Shown here: positions 32,445 to 41,860 of the stretch, one piece after another | Position numbering within the stretch: position 1 is the first letter of the stretch | How the letters are laid out: the number at the start of each line of letters is the position of its first letter | NCBI GenBank assembly: GCA_963799485.1 | Contig: CAWCXJ010000006.1 | Span: 384,001 to 448,000, forward strand | DNA length: 64,000 bases | Source: an uncultured Trueperaceae bacterium | GTDB taxonomy: Bacteria > Deinococcota > Deinococci > Deinococcales > Trueperaceae | Direction of reading: 5' to 3' | Program-made: the position numbers and the translations under genes | Notes under the pieces: model-generated | What the model saw: only the letters and a program-made list of their open reading frames with translations | The model's database searches: none | Told to the model about the DNA's origin: nothing

Positions 32445-33361
32445 AACGGCTCCTCGGAGGTTGTGGGGGACGGTTGCATAAGCTGGGCGACGCGCAGTTT
32501 GGCGCTGCGCGACCGTGGGTTGCGGGCGATCTCGGCGTCGGTAGCCGTGAGCGGTTTTTTGTGGAGCGGCGTCAAGAGGGTGCTGCCCTTAAAAAAATGC
32601 TTGACGAGACGGTCCTCGAGTGAATGGTAGGTCAGGATCACCGCGCGCCCTCCGGGTGCCAGCGTTCGTGCCAAAGTTGCCAAGGCACTTTGCAACTCAC
32701 CGAGTTCGTCGTTGACGGTGATGCGGAGCGCCTGAAAGGTGCGCCGCGCCGGGTGGTCACGGCGGCGTCCGGGCGGGTAGCCGCGCGCGATGATCTCGGC
32801 GAGTTCTTGGGTTGTTTCGATAGGTGCGGCTTCGCGCGCTTCGGCAATGCGCCGCGCGATACGGCGGCTGTAACGCTCTTCGCCGTAGCGGAAGATCAGG
32901 CCGGCGAGTTCTTCGGTAGACGCGTGGTTGACCAAATCGGCAGCGGAGAGCCCGGTTTTGCCCATCCGCATATCGAGTGGGCCGGCTTGCCGAAACGAAA
33001 ACCCACGTCCCGGTTCGTCTATTTGCATCGACGAAACGCCCAGATCGAGGAGAATTCCGGCAACCGGGGCGACGCCGAGCCGTTCGGCGTGAACCTCTAG
33101 TTCGCTAAAATTACCCTCGGCAAAGAGCAAGTGCCCGGTCTCGAGCGCCGCCGCAAGGGTCGCCGTAGCTAAAAACCGCTGCACGTTCGGGTCGCGGTCG
33201 AGTGCCAGCACCCGCCCACCCGCCGCCAAAATGGCAGTCGTGTGTCCGCCCGCGCCGAAGGTACCGTCGATGTACCAGCCGCCGGGCTTTACAGCCAGGT
33301 ATTCCAGACACTCATCTAGCATCACGGGCGCGTGAGGTGCTGCGCTCATATCAGAAGTCAT
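32441..33361 (-). CDS. rsmH: 16S rRNA m4C1402 methyltransferase
   Basis: HAPVM, DGTFGAGGH, DLGVSSMQ, FQALRI, YHSLEDR, NPRSRSAKLR. Confidence 0.97.
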   Translation of the reverse strand: MTSDMSAAPHAPVMLDECLEYLAVKPGGWYIDGTFGAGGHTTAILAAGGRVLALDRDPNVQRFLATATLAAALETGHLLFAEGNFSELEVHAERLGVAPVAGILLDLGVSSMQIDEPGRGFSFRQAGPLDMRMGKTGLSAADLVNHASTEELAGLIFRYGEERYSRRIARRIAEAREAAPIETTQELAEIIARGYPPGRRRDHPARRTFQALRITVNDELGELQSALATLARTLAPGGRAVILTYHSLEDRLVKHFFKGSTLLTPLHKKPLTATDAEIARNPRSRSAKLRVAQLMQPSPTTSEEPL

Positions 33362-33786
33362 CCGACCATGCCCTGGAGCAATTCGGGAGCATCGAGGTCG
33401 TCGTGCATCGCTTCGATGGCGTCGCTCCAGCGCGTTTCGTTCCAAATCTCCAGGTGATTCGGCGCACCCGCGACCATCACACTGTTCTCGAGTTCGGCGA
33501 AGGTGCGTAGCGTGCTCGGCAGAGTGATACGGCCTGCCCCGTCGAGTTTGGCGTTGGCGGCTCCGGAGTAAAAGTAGCGCAGAAACTTGCGTGATTTGAG
33601 ATCGGTCATCGGGAGTTCCTCGAGCTGTTTGACGACCCCCGCCCACGCCGTCACGGGAAACACATAGAGACATTTCTCCATCCCGCGTGTGATAATCATG
33701 CCGTGTTCGACGAACGTCCGAAACGGTGGAGGAACGATAACCCGCCCCTTGTCGTCCACCGTATAAGGATATTCGCCAAATGGCAT
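33358..33786 (-). CDS. mraZ: division/cell wall cluster repressor MraZ
   Basis: GEYPYTVDDKGRV, LDGAGRI, LEIW. Confidence 0.96.
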   Translation of the reverse strand: MPFGEYPYTVDDKGRVIVPPPFRTFVEHGMIITRGMEKCLYVFPVTAWAGVVKQLEELPMTDLKSRKFLRYFYSGAANAKLDGAGRITLPSTLRTFAELENSVMVAGAPNHLEIWNETRWSDAIEAMHDDLDAPELLQGMVG

Positions 33787-33882
33787 CTTCCACCCGTCCC
33801 CCACCTGAAGTTGCGTACTATTTGGTCTTTGGAGTTCCCCGACCCCGCGACCCACGCCGTTCTCGCTAGGGTAGAGCTTAAC

Positions 33883-33928
33883 ACACTTTCCCACGTTCTC
33901 CCACAAGTCCCCACGAACCCTCCACTTT
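33883..33928 (-). promoter_or_regulatory. MraZ-binding GTGG repeats
   Basis: CCAC at 33891, 33901, 33911, 33922 (about 10-bp period) upstream of mraZ. Confidence 0.85.
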
Positions 33929-34284
33929 TGCCGGCATCCAGGCATGTTTTACCACCAGGGCCCTCTTAAAAAGATGCGCGGTTAATTATCTGTGGGATTG
34001 TAGCGGGCTGGCGGAGGGTATAAATAAGGGGCTCGGCCTCGGTTACGAAGCGCCGTCCAGCCAAAAAAGCGTAGCGGTTTCGCTACGCTTTGGTATCAAG
34101 AACCTCGAGTGCCGGGGGACAGCTTGTCGAAAGAGTGAAAATAGGGGTACGACGAGCACACCCCGTTTTTGACGAACTACGCTGAGTACGCTGTTTACCG
34201 TTACCTGGGGGTTGATAATTACCTGAACCGCCGGGTAAAAACACATCGTCTCAGCTCACCGGTAGTGGGCAATCGGCAGGGTAG

Positions 34285-34644
34285 TTACGCCCCACTATCA
34301 TTCGACTCCGCAGGATTGGTGTCGGGGCTGACGTGCTCCGCCTTGCTTTTGCCGAGCGCGACATAGTGAACGCTGTGGGCAGGAACCGCAAAGGTTGTGT
34401 TGCGAAAACCGACGATTGTCGTTTTCCCTGTGTCAATAGCTTCACAAAGGTCTCGAAGCGCCGCTTCAGCCTCCTCACGCGTGGCGTAATGAGCGTAGTG
34501 AACGCGTGGTAGCGCAGGCGAGTTAAACACAAACGACCTGTGTCCTGCCGGAAGTTCGTTCTTGTCAACGCTGATCTGCGACTGCTCGAGCGGGACCAGC
34601 CCACTCTCTTTAAGCCAGATGATAATTGCGTATACCTCGGCCAT
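34285..34644 (-). CDS. hypothetical protein
   Basis: 119-aa ORF with AGGAG RBS; no family recognised. Confidence 0.6.
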   Translation of the reverse strand: MAEVYAIIIWLKESGLVPLEQSQISVDKNELPAGHRSFVFNSPALPRVHYAHYATREEAEAALRDLCEAIDTGKTTIVGFRNTTFAVPAHSVHYVALGKSKAEHVSPDTNPAESNDSGA

Positions 34645-34845
34645 AATCTACTCCTATCGTAGTTGCCTTTCCCTGCTTGTGAAAACGCGTGCTGGTGTAA
34701 CGATTACAAATACCGCGCGAAGCTCGCAGCTGCTATCCCCGAAGGCGCGCACGGACGCTTTTTCAGCCTCCCAGGTTGATATGCGCGAGCTCGAGCTGAT
34801 CCTCGTTGCTTGTCACCGTCACGTCTTTACCGCTCGACTGCGTTA

Positions 34846-35544
34846 CTAACGCTGCCCCCGGCTCTGATCACCAAGTTGGCGCAAGGTAAAAACTGCCAGT
34901 AGCCCAAAACCTACCTTTGCGACGATATCCAGCACCGTATAGCTAAGCGCCTCCGGCGTCTCGCCGATCAGTCTAAGCCCTTCAGTGCTGAGAATCCAGA
35001 CGACGGGGTAGAGCGTCCAGAGGGTAAGGTGAACCGTCAAAAGGCGATCAAAGGCGGCTGAGTTGTCGGGATAGGTCTCTTTAGCCTGACGACGGTAGGG
35101 CCCGAGAAGCAGATAGACGATGGCGAGGTAAGCGCCCGTACTGACCAGATACCACACATAATTATACGGTTCGGCGACGAGCGTAGCCACGAGGCCGGTG
35201 GCAATCATAAATACGTCCGCACCCAGCAAGGCTGTTACTGTCGGCAGTCGCGAGCGGCCCAATGAGGTGAGCACAAGTACCAGCAGCGGGGTTGATAAGC
35301 CCCAGGTCACGTAGCGTACCCAAACAGTTCGGGTTCCGACACCCTCAGCGGCTTCAAAAGCGCCGTAGCCTGTTGCCATAACCAGGTAAAGTGCACTAGC
35401 AATAAGGCAGATGAAGAAGTTGAGTTGGAAAATCTTCGCTGTCCGTTCGTCTGCAGCTCGAGCCGCGCCGTAACCGAAGTAAAAAGCGCCTGCACTCATG
35501 CTGAACACACCGAACCAGTAAAGCAGTTGCGTCGTTGTTGTCAT
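34846..35544 (-). CDS. microbial rhodopsin, cyanobacterial-halorhodopsin-like (TSV motif)
   Basis: 7 TM; RYVTWGLSTPLLVLV in helix C; LWTLYPVVW; DIVAKVGFG retinal Lys; AAGGAG RBS before ATG 35544. Confidence 0.92.
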   Translation of the reverse strand: MTTTTQLLYWFGVFSMSAGAFYFGYGAARAADERTAKIFQLNFFICLIASALYLVMATGYGAFEAAEGVGTRTVWVRYVTWGLSTPLLVLVLTSLGRSRLPTVTALLGADVFMIATGLVATLVAEPYNYVWYLVSTGAYLAIVYLLLGPYRRQAKETYPDNSAAFDRLLTVHLTLWTLYPVVWILSTEGLRLIGETPEALSYTVLDIVAKVGFGLLAVFTLRQLGDQSRGQR

Positions 35545-35793
35545 AATAGCTCCTTGTGAAGTCCGCGCGGGCATCAGCCCGCGCGGTAGTCGAGTTTGTA
35601 CTAGCTTGAGTTTGTACTGCAATTTCGCGCTGAACCGACGTTGTGGCGCTTTACCTTCTTCGTAACTACGTTTTAGCGTGGCAGCGCGGTGCTCTGTTTT
35701 TGCCCAGAGGTTTTCGAGCCGGTTGACGCCAGCTTCGTTCCAGCGAAGGTTGTGCCCTTGCGTGAACAAGATGCGCCTTCGCTGGGCTGCCTT

Positions 35794-37299
35794 CTACTGG
35801 TTTTGCGTCATGCGCCAGATTGTAGCTGTTCCCGGCTCTGCTTTGAGCCCGGTTTGCGTTACGCTAATGACGCCGAAATCCACGACAAAGAGCGAACCGT
35901 CCGGAGCCCACTCGAGCTGCATAGGCCGCTCCAGCCCACCACCGGCAGTGACCGAGGCAGGCTTGCCGGATTTATTGACCAGAAAATCCGAGACCTCCTG
36001 CGTATCCAGATTGACCCGAATGACCTCGAAACCGGGTAGCTTTTCGCGTAAGCTGCCGATGTTGGTACCAAAAGCTGCAACGAGTGCTTCGTTATTTCCC
36101 AAGTCGAAGTTACTCCCACCCAGCACGAGACCTTGCGCGGCGATATGCGGCTCGAGCTTGACCAGCGGCTGAATAGGCGCTTTGCGGTTGCCGAGCAGCG
36201 TTTGCCGGGTCTTTTCGCTCAGCACAAAGCCGCGCTCGGCACCTTTAAGCTCAAAGCGCGGGTCGGTGATCGGCAGGCCGCTGTAAAAGTCGGGCCAGCC
36301 GTACCAGGCACCCTCTTGCACTTCGTAAATCTGCTCCCAGTCGTTGTAGAGCGGGCGCGGCGGGATAGGGTTGCCCGAGTTTTGCGTGGCGATGAGCCGC
36401 CCGTCGGACGAAAAGCGGTAGCCGTAATCGCTTCGCAGCCCCCAAGCGTAGACTTCCAGGTTTGAGCCGTCCGGGTCGGCCCGCAAAAATGCGCCGTTGC
36501 AAGGGACTTCACCCTTGATGGTCTGGCCTGCCGTCGTTTCGGTACCCAAAGTAACGTAAACACCGGTCAGTTCCGTGTCGCCGACGCTCGGCGTCGAAGG
36601 GTCTTCGACCGGCACGGCGAAGTTCTTGCCGGTCAAGGTTACGTCTTCACAGGGCACCTCTTTGGCACCCGGTTTATTGAGCGCATTGATGACCTCGAGC
36701 CACTCCTGGTCGATAGGGCCGGCGTTACCCTGCGTAGAGAGAAAAAAGTACATTTTGCCGTCGGGCCCGAAGATGACCTTGTCGTTCGGAAAAAAGCCCC
36801 AAGACGGCATCCCGTTGACGATCGTTTTGAACGCACCTGTTTCGGGGTCGAGCGTCGAAACGCGGGTACGGTGTGCTACATATAAAAGCCCGTCATCGGG
36901 GTTAAAGGTCACGCCGGTCACGGGCGGAATCAGACCTTCGGGCATGTCGTTAGATGAGGCGTTCGCGCGGATATCCTTAAACGACACGTTTTTGTCGTAA
37001 ACGACCTTGTTGCTGCCGTCCGGCATGATCTGCAAGATACGCGCGGGTGGAGCCTCGTCGGGTGTCAAGCCGTAGGAGTGATATCCGGTTTCGGCTACAT
37101 AAACCTCTCCGTTCGCCCCAAAGGTGATATCGCTGGCGAAGTTGAGCCCCGACGCTGCGACCGTAAGGGTATAACCTTGCGGAACCTGCACGTCCGCCGG
37201 GTCTTTTTGAATAGGTTCTTGCGCGAACACAGCAGCTGCAAGGAGTGTTGCGCCCATCAACCAAGTTTGCCGCACGGTACTATACCAGTTTCGTTTCAT
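35794..37299 (-). CDS. exported glucose/sorbosone dehydrogenase-like beta-propeller protein
   Basis: signal peptide; VAASGLNF, FGPDGKMY, VYAWGLR, GAWYGWPD, GLERP...PDGSLFVVDFG. Confidence 0.8.
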   Translation of the reverse strand: MKRNWYSTVRQTWLMGATLLAAAVFAQEPIQKDPADVQVPQGYTLTVAASGLNFASDITFGANGEVYVAETGYHSYGLTPDEAPPARILQIMPDGSNKVVYDKNVSFKDIRANASSNDMPEGLIPPVTGVTFNPDDGLLYVAHRTRVSTLDPETGAFKTIVNGMPSWGFFPNDKVIFGPDGKMYFFLSTQGNAGPIDQEWLEVINALNKPGAKEVPCEDVTLTGKNFAVPVEDPSTPSVGDTELTGVYVTLGTETTAGQTIKGEVPCNGAFLRADPDGSNLEVYAWGLRSDYGYRFSSDGRLIATQNSGNPIPPRPLYNDWEQIYEVQEGAWYGWPDFYSGLPITDPRFELKGAERGFVLSEKTRQTLLGNRKAPIQPLVKLEPHIAAQGLVLGGSNFDLGNNEALVAAFGTNIGSLREKLPGFEVIRVNLDTQEVSDFLVNKSGKPASVTAGGGLERPMQLEWAPDGSLFVVDFGVISVTQTGLKAEPGTATIWRMTQNQ

Positions 37300-37377
37300 A
37301 CTTCCCCCTCGTTGGTTGTGGTTTTTGCAGTTCATGTTTAGTGAGCGGCTTTCTAAACGCTGCTCACGGCCTGTAAG

Positions 37378-37731
37378 CTACCGGGACGGGGCCGTGCCAC
37401 TGGCTGCGGCGCTCCGCCAGCCCAGAATAATCACGAGCAGTCCGATCAGCACGTCGTTCCAAAGTGCTGAACTAACTCCGGCGTAACCTAGTACGAACGG
37501 TGCAACGACGAGCCAAGCGCCAAGTACGACGTTCGTCCAACTCATACCGGCTTGGCGAAAGGCACCCCCAACCCGAATCGCGGCGAAAGTAGCGACCGCC
37601 AAGCCCACAATCACGTCGTTCCACAGTGCCGCCGTAACGCCCGCGTAGAGCAGCAAGAACGGCGCGACAAGGAGCCAAAGTTCCAAAAAGATGTTGGTGC
37701 CACTGTCCCAAAGAATCCGCTGCCGGTTCAT
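37378..37731 (-). CDS. SPW-repeat membrane protein
   Basis: two repeats of N..LG.WL.VAPF.L.Y.....ALWND..IG. Confidence 0.85.
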   Translation of the reverse strand: MNRQRILWDSGTNIFLELWLLVAPFLLLYAGVTAALWNDVIVGLAVATFAAIRVGGAFRQAGMSWTNVVLGAWLVVAPFVLGYAGVSSALWNDVLIGLLVIILGWRSAAASGTAPSR

Positions 37732-38112
37732 CTGTTCCCCCTATCCCCTGAACGTATCCGGCAATTACCTACTGTTGTCGCTTACCTACTGTCGTTGCTG
37801 CCGTGATGCCTGCCGGGCGACGGGTACGCGGGCCAAGCTGTAGCTAGTCGGCAGGTCGGTAGAATCTGCCCGGCGACGTGACCACACCTCACGTAGCTGC
37901 GCAAGCTGCTGAAAAAACCTTTTCATAAGTTTCTCCCATAAACTCGAGGATTGACCGCTTTCTTTCCGCTGGCCTTATGGCCCAAGCCACCAGTGTGCGA
38001 CCGGTTGTTTTACCGGTAACTCTGCAGCGTGCAACTCCTTACATCATGGCTACCCCCATCGGCCCACTCCGCCATCCCCACTACATCGTCGTCACTTCGT
38101 TTTTAGGTCGGC

Positions 38113-39378
38113 CTAATCGGTCGCCGGTGGGGCCGTTGCCGCCGCTTGAACCCCTGACCCGGTACGCCGCAAACCCTGCACCTCGAGTAGTCCTGCATAC
38201 TCACGCATGGCGTTGTCGGGAACGTTTTCGGCTGATCCCAAAATCCAGGCGAAGTTGAAGACCTGCTGACTCGGATAGGTATAGGTAGGCTTGAGAACGT
38301 CGCCGACGTAGGTGCGCACTACTGCCGGCAACGAACCGTCATCGTTTGTCAGCATGAGTGGGGCGTGCTTACCCATGTGCGAAAGCACGAAACCGGGAAC
38401 TACCTCACGCCAGTCGCTAGGGTTTGCCAGGAGGGTGTTGTGACCGGGTTCGGCGATACCCCAGCCCGCGCCACGTTCGCGTTGACCAAACCACCAACCC
38501 AGCATCCGGCCCGAATCCTTATAGCCCGCCCAGCGAACGGCCATCTCTTGCGGCGTTGTACCGGGGATACGCTGTACGTGACCGTAACGGGCGAGTTCAG
38601 CCATGATCTCCGGCCCGACCACCGACGGCGGCGCGAACACGTAGATATAGGGATAGTTCGGGGCGCGCCGTTCGAGCATTCGTTTTGTGGCCTCGGGTAC
38701 ACCGTTTTCGGTGACGTACGCGAAAGCGTCGCCCGCGTGGGCGTTCCAGCTGGCGGCAGGGAGACTGTACTGAGGCGCTGCTAATGCGCCGATAAAGACG
38801 TTTTCGCGGTGATCGGACTCCATCACTGCAAGAAACTCGTCCAGGACTTCGGTAAAAGCTACCGGATCGGGCGCGTAGATGCGGCGGGTGCTAAGGCCCA
38901 GGTCTGTCTCAATCTCGGTGGCGAGCGTAGCTGCGATGTCGCCGACCAAATAGACCTGCACATTGTTGTCCATCATCACGCCCTCGGGGTCGAGGCGCTC
39001 GAGTTCGTCGCGCGTCGCCTGGGGCAGCGTGGTGCCGCCGCCGCTTACGAAGAGCATCGGCGCGTTGACCGGCATGTGCTGGAGCCGGGTGGTGGCGATT
39101 GCGGTAGCCGGGTCGTCGTCGCGAACCAGCACGACCGCTCCGGGGCGATCTTGGTCTTGCGCAACTGCGTAGATAGCTTGCGAGTAGGCGGTCGCGGTCT
39201 CGAGGTAGTCCGCGCCCGAAAGACGGGCCGTCGTACCGGTCAGTGTCAACATTTCAGCGTTTTGTGTGGCGCTGGCGCTCAGCGGTTCGCCTTGAGGCTC
39301 CCAGGTCGAAACAATCCAGAAAAGCCCGCCAAGCAGTACCACCAGCCCCGCCAGAAAGGTATAAAGCGGTCGGATCAT
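38113..39378 (-). CDS. membrane-anchored extracytoplasmic protein, cell-wall-binding-repeat-2-like
   Basis: N-terminal TM; RLSGAD..ETA.A.SQ, NAPMLFV, VYLVG, GWGIAEPGH, HMGKHAPL. Confidence 0.6.
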   Translation of the reverse strand: MIRPLYTFLAGLVVLLGGLFWIVSTWEPQGEPLSASATQNAEMLTLTGTTARLSGADYLETATAYSQAIYAVAQDQDRPGAVVLVRDDDPATAIATTRLQHMPVNAPMLFVSGGGTTLPQATRDELERLDPEGVMMDNNVQVYLVGDIAATLATEIETDLGLSTRRIYAPDPVAFTEVLDEFLAVMESDHRENVFIGALAAPQYSLPAASWNAHAGDAFAYVTENGVPEATKRMLERRAPNYPYIYVFAPPSVVGPEIMAELARYGHVQRIPGTTPQEMAVRWAGYKDSGRMLGWWFGQRERGAGWGIAEPGHNTLLANPSDWREVVPGFVLSHMGKHAPLMLTNDDGSLPAVVRTYVGDVLKPTYTYPSQQVFNFAWILGSAENVPDNAMREYAGLLEVQGLRRTGSGVQAAATAPPATD

Positions 39379-41511
39379 CTACATACTCCCGTTCTTCCAG
39401 CCGCGCCGGGCCATCACGTAGTTTGGAATCAGCGCGGTAAAAAAGCCCATCGCCGCGCCCCACCAGAGCGGTGAGACCCAGAGCCAGATATCTTCTTCGC
39501 TCATCAGACCCTGCCAGTTCATCCACCACCACACCAGCGTCCACATACCGACCGAAGATGCGATCATCGAAATAGCAACCGGCCAGAAACCCTTCTTGAC
39601 CCCCTGCCAGTAGCTCACACCGTGCATTTCGCTCATCATCGGCCCCATGAAAACGAAAGCCGAGATTAAAATCGCCGGTATTACCATGATGAACCACATA
39701 AGCGCCGCCATCGGTGCAGCCAGCCAGAAAAGCGGGGTGAACTCGAGGGCCCGAAAAAGCGGCAAACCGTTGAGTTCAAAAAGGTACATCGACGCGATCA
39801 TCAGCGCCATCCCGATACCCATGCCCATAATCGTGGCTGAAACTGCCCGTGCCCAGGTAGGACGGACGAAGCTGGGCATAGGCCCGTCTTTGTTGACCGA
39901 CCGATTCTGGTAGGCCAAGAAGAAGGCAACGATACCTAGCGGGCCCAGTACCAGCATCGACAGCGGCCAGTAGAGGCGCGGGTAAAAACCCGATTCGGGT
40001 ATCCGCACGGGCATAGCGAAAAGCGCCCAGATCGCCCCGGCAAGCCCGATAAAAACCCAGCTCCAGCCGAGGATCGCCAACCCGCTGGCCCCCTCTACCT
40101 GTTGCCGGTACGGATGCGTTTCCAGAGCTAGATCGGGGCGCGCTTGGGCGTTATAAGAAACGCTTTCGGGGCCGCCGATCACACGTATATTCATAAACGG
40201 CCCGTCGGAGGGCTGGTTGAAAAAATCCGGCCCGAGTCGCCAGACGTACTGATCGGTCAGTTCGTCGAGATCGGCTTGCGGCGTATACAGCAGTGGCCCG
40301 TAATTGCCGAGGTAAGCCAGCGGCAGCCCCGCTGCCGCAAAGCCGGAATCCGCCGGATTTGTGAGGGTAAAGTAGTAGTAGCCGTCTTTCTCCAGGTTTT
40401 CGTTCATCCCCCAGCCGAAATCGCCCCAGCGTCCTCTCGCCCAGAGCAGTGCGTGGCGGTAGAGGCCGTCGGCGGCGACGCGCTCGACGTTGCCGAAGGC
40501 GCGTAGCGGCGCTAGTGCACCGTTACCTATCAGCCGCGAGGGGGCGGCTACCAAGATGCGCTTGTTTCGCACACCGTTTAACGCGCCGACAGCTTCTGCA
40601 AGCGTCAGGACGGGCGCACGAAAGTGCGCCGCAGCGTAGGCGGCGGGGAGTGCGTAGGCAGGTTCCGTGTCGGCGACGACCACAATAACCGGACTCTCCC
40701 GGACAAGCGCGGCTTGTGCTGCTGCAAGGTCTGGCGACGCTCCCTCGGCCCCGTAAACGAGCGTCAGTCCCTGCGCGGCGGCGAGCGGCGCGAGTTGTGC
40801 CGCCGCCAGCGGGTCAGCGGGTACGTTCGCCGTATTGCCGCCCACCATCTCGGCCACTGCGACCCCGGCTGCCACCGGCGTGTCGGCAGGTACGCGCTGC
40901 ACGTTCTTGAGGGTGTAACCGAGGCGCGCCCCCTGATCGGAACCGTTACCGTAATCTGCCGACAAAAACCAGATGTAACCCAGCGCCGTCAGCAGCACGC
41001 CGGTGGTGAGTACGCTAATAAGCCAGGCGAGAACGCGGTTTAAGCTCAGCCGCTGCTTGGGCGACGGTGTTTTTGTAGCATCTTCACCGTGAGAACGTTC
41101 AACCAAGTTGCCGCCGTAACGCCGCGCCAGACTGCTTACGCTGTCGTCCGTGTCAGCTACCGTAACGTGGTAGCCGGACGTGTGCGAGGGTTTAACGGGC
41201 TCGAGGGCCACGAGACCACCCAGCAGTGCGCCGAGGCTCCCGCCGAATATCGACAAAAGTGCCGTCACCGCGCCCAGTGGCGCAGCAAAAAGCGGCTCGA
41301 GCCGCGGCAGCCCTACCATTCCTGCCTCGGCAAACGCACCTAAAAGGCCGAATAACGTCCCGCCGACAAGTGCGCTGAGCGCAGCCGTGCGAAACGCCTG
41401 CCGAGTTACCGGCTTTGTGGCGCCGCCAAGTTTGACCTGATGACCGGCAGTGCGCACCTCAACCGAAAAGTTGTAGGCGGCCTCTGCCGATGGAAATTCA
41501 ACTGTACTCAT
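39379..41511 (-). CDS. multidomain membrane protein with C-terminal DUF4396-like domain
   Basis: Gly-rich TM hairpin; extracytoplasmic domain paralogous to the neighbour; C-terminal Met-rich TMs ending MGFFTALIPNYVMARRGWK. Confidence 0.65.
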   Translation of the reverse strand: MSTVEFPSAEAAYNFSVEVRTAGHQVKLGGATKPVTRQAFRTAALSALVGGTLFGLLGAFAEAGMVGLPRLEPLFAAPLGAVTALLSIFGGSLGALLGGLVALEPVKPSHTSGYHVTVADTDDSVSSLARRYGGNLVERSHGEDATKTPSPKQRLSLNRVLAWLISVLTTGVLLTALGYIWFLSADYGNGSDQGARLGYTLKNVQRVPADTPVAAGVAVAEMVGGNTANVPADPLAAAQLAPLAAAQGLTLVYGAEGASPDLAAAQAALVRESPVIVVVADTEPAYALPAAYAAAHFRAPVLTLAEAVGALNGVRNKRILVAAPSRLIGNGALAPLRAFGNVERVAADGLYRHALLWARGRWGDFGWGMNENLEKDGYYYFTLTNPADSGFAAAGLPLAYLGNYGPLLYTPQADLDELTDQYVWRLGPDFFNQPSDGPFMNIRVIGGPESVSYNAQARPDLALETHPYRQQVEGASGLAILGWSWVFIGLAGAIWALFAMPVRIPESGFYPRLYWPLSMLVLGPLGIVAFFLAYQNRSVNKDGPMPSFVRPTWARAVSATIMGMGIGMALMIASMYLFELNGLPLFRALEFTPLFWLAAPMAALMWFIMVIPAILISAFVFMGPMMSEMHGVSYWQGVKKGFWPVAISMIASSVGMWTLVWWWMNWQGLMSEEDIWLWVSPLWWGAAMGFFTALIPNYVMARRGWKNGSM

Positions 41512-41543
41512 CTTCCCCCTAACCTAAATATGTTCAGCTTCGA

Positions 41544-41780
41544 CTAAGTAAGGTCTCGCTCAAGCCGGACAAACTCTTCGGCGGTAATCTCACCCCGTGC
41601 ATAACGCTGCCGGACGATCTCGAGCGCGACACTTTTGTCGGTTCCCTGTTCCCTTACCGTCAAAGCATTTTCGCCTTGCGGGAACATTATCTTTATGAGC
41701 CAGATTACCAACGCCACAAGTCCCACAAGTAACACCGATATCCAAACAAAGCTGAGATCCATCATGCCGGAGCTCATCAC
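41544..41780 (-). CDS. SHOCT-domain membrane protein
   Basis: Met-rich N-terminus, one TM, ALEIVRQRYARGEITAEEF. Confidence 0.9.
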   Translation of the reverse strand: MMSSGMMDLSFVWISVLLVGLVALVIWLIKIMFPQGENALTVREQGTDKSVALEIVRQRYARGEITAEEFVRLERDLT

Positions 41781-41803
41781 GAACGCACCTCCCTAGCCAC
41801 ATC

Positions 41804-41857
41804 AGCGTAGCGAAGCTTTGTTACGTAGCGATAAAAGTTTTGTAAATTTTTTGTAAA
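41804..41857 (-). promoter_or_regulatory. OmpR-type direct-repeat operator plus -10
   Basis: TTTAC-N6-TTTAC-N6-TTTAT-N6-GTAAC (11-bp period), then TACGCT. Confidence 0.65.
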
Positions 41858-41860
41858 GTT

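Noticed and set aside
33960..34284. Possible att site or tRNA at the island edge
   Set aside because: No tRNA fold, integrase or matching direct repeat found at the other end
37977..38258. 93-aa + strand ORF and nearby 2x17-bp repeat (37765-37798)
   Set aside because: Overlaps a convergent gene, no motif; repeat too short to interpret
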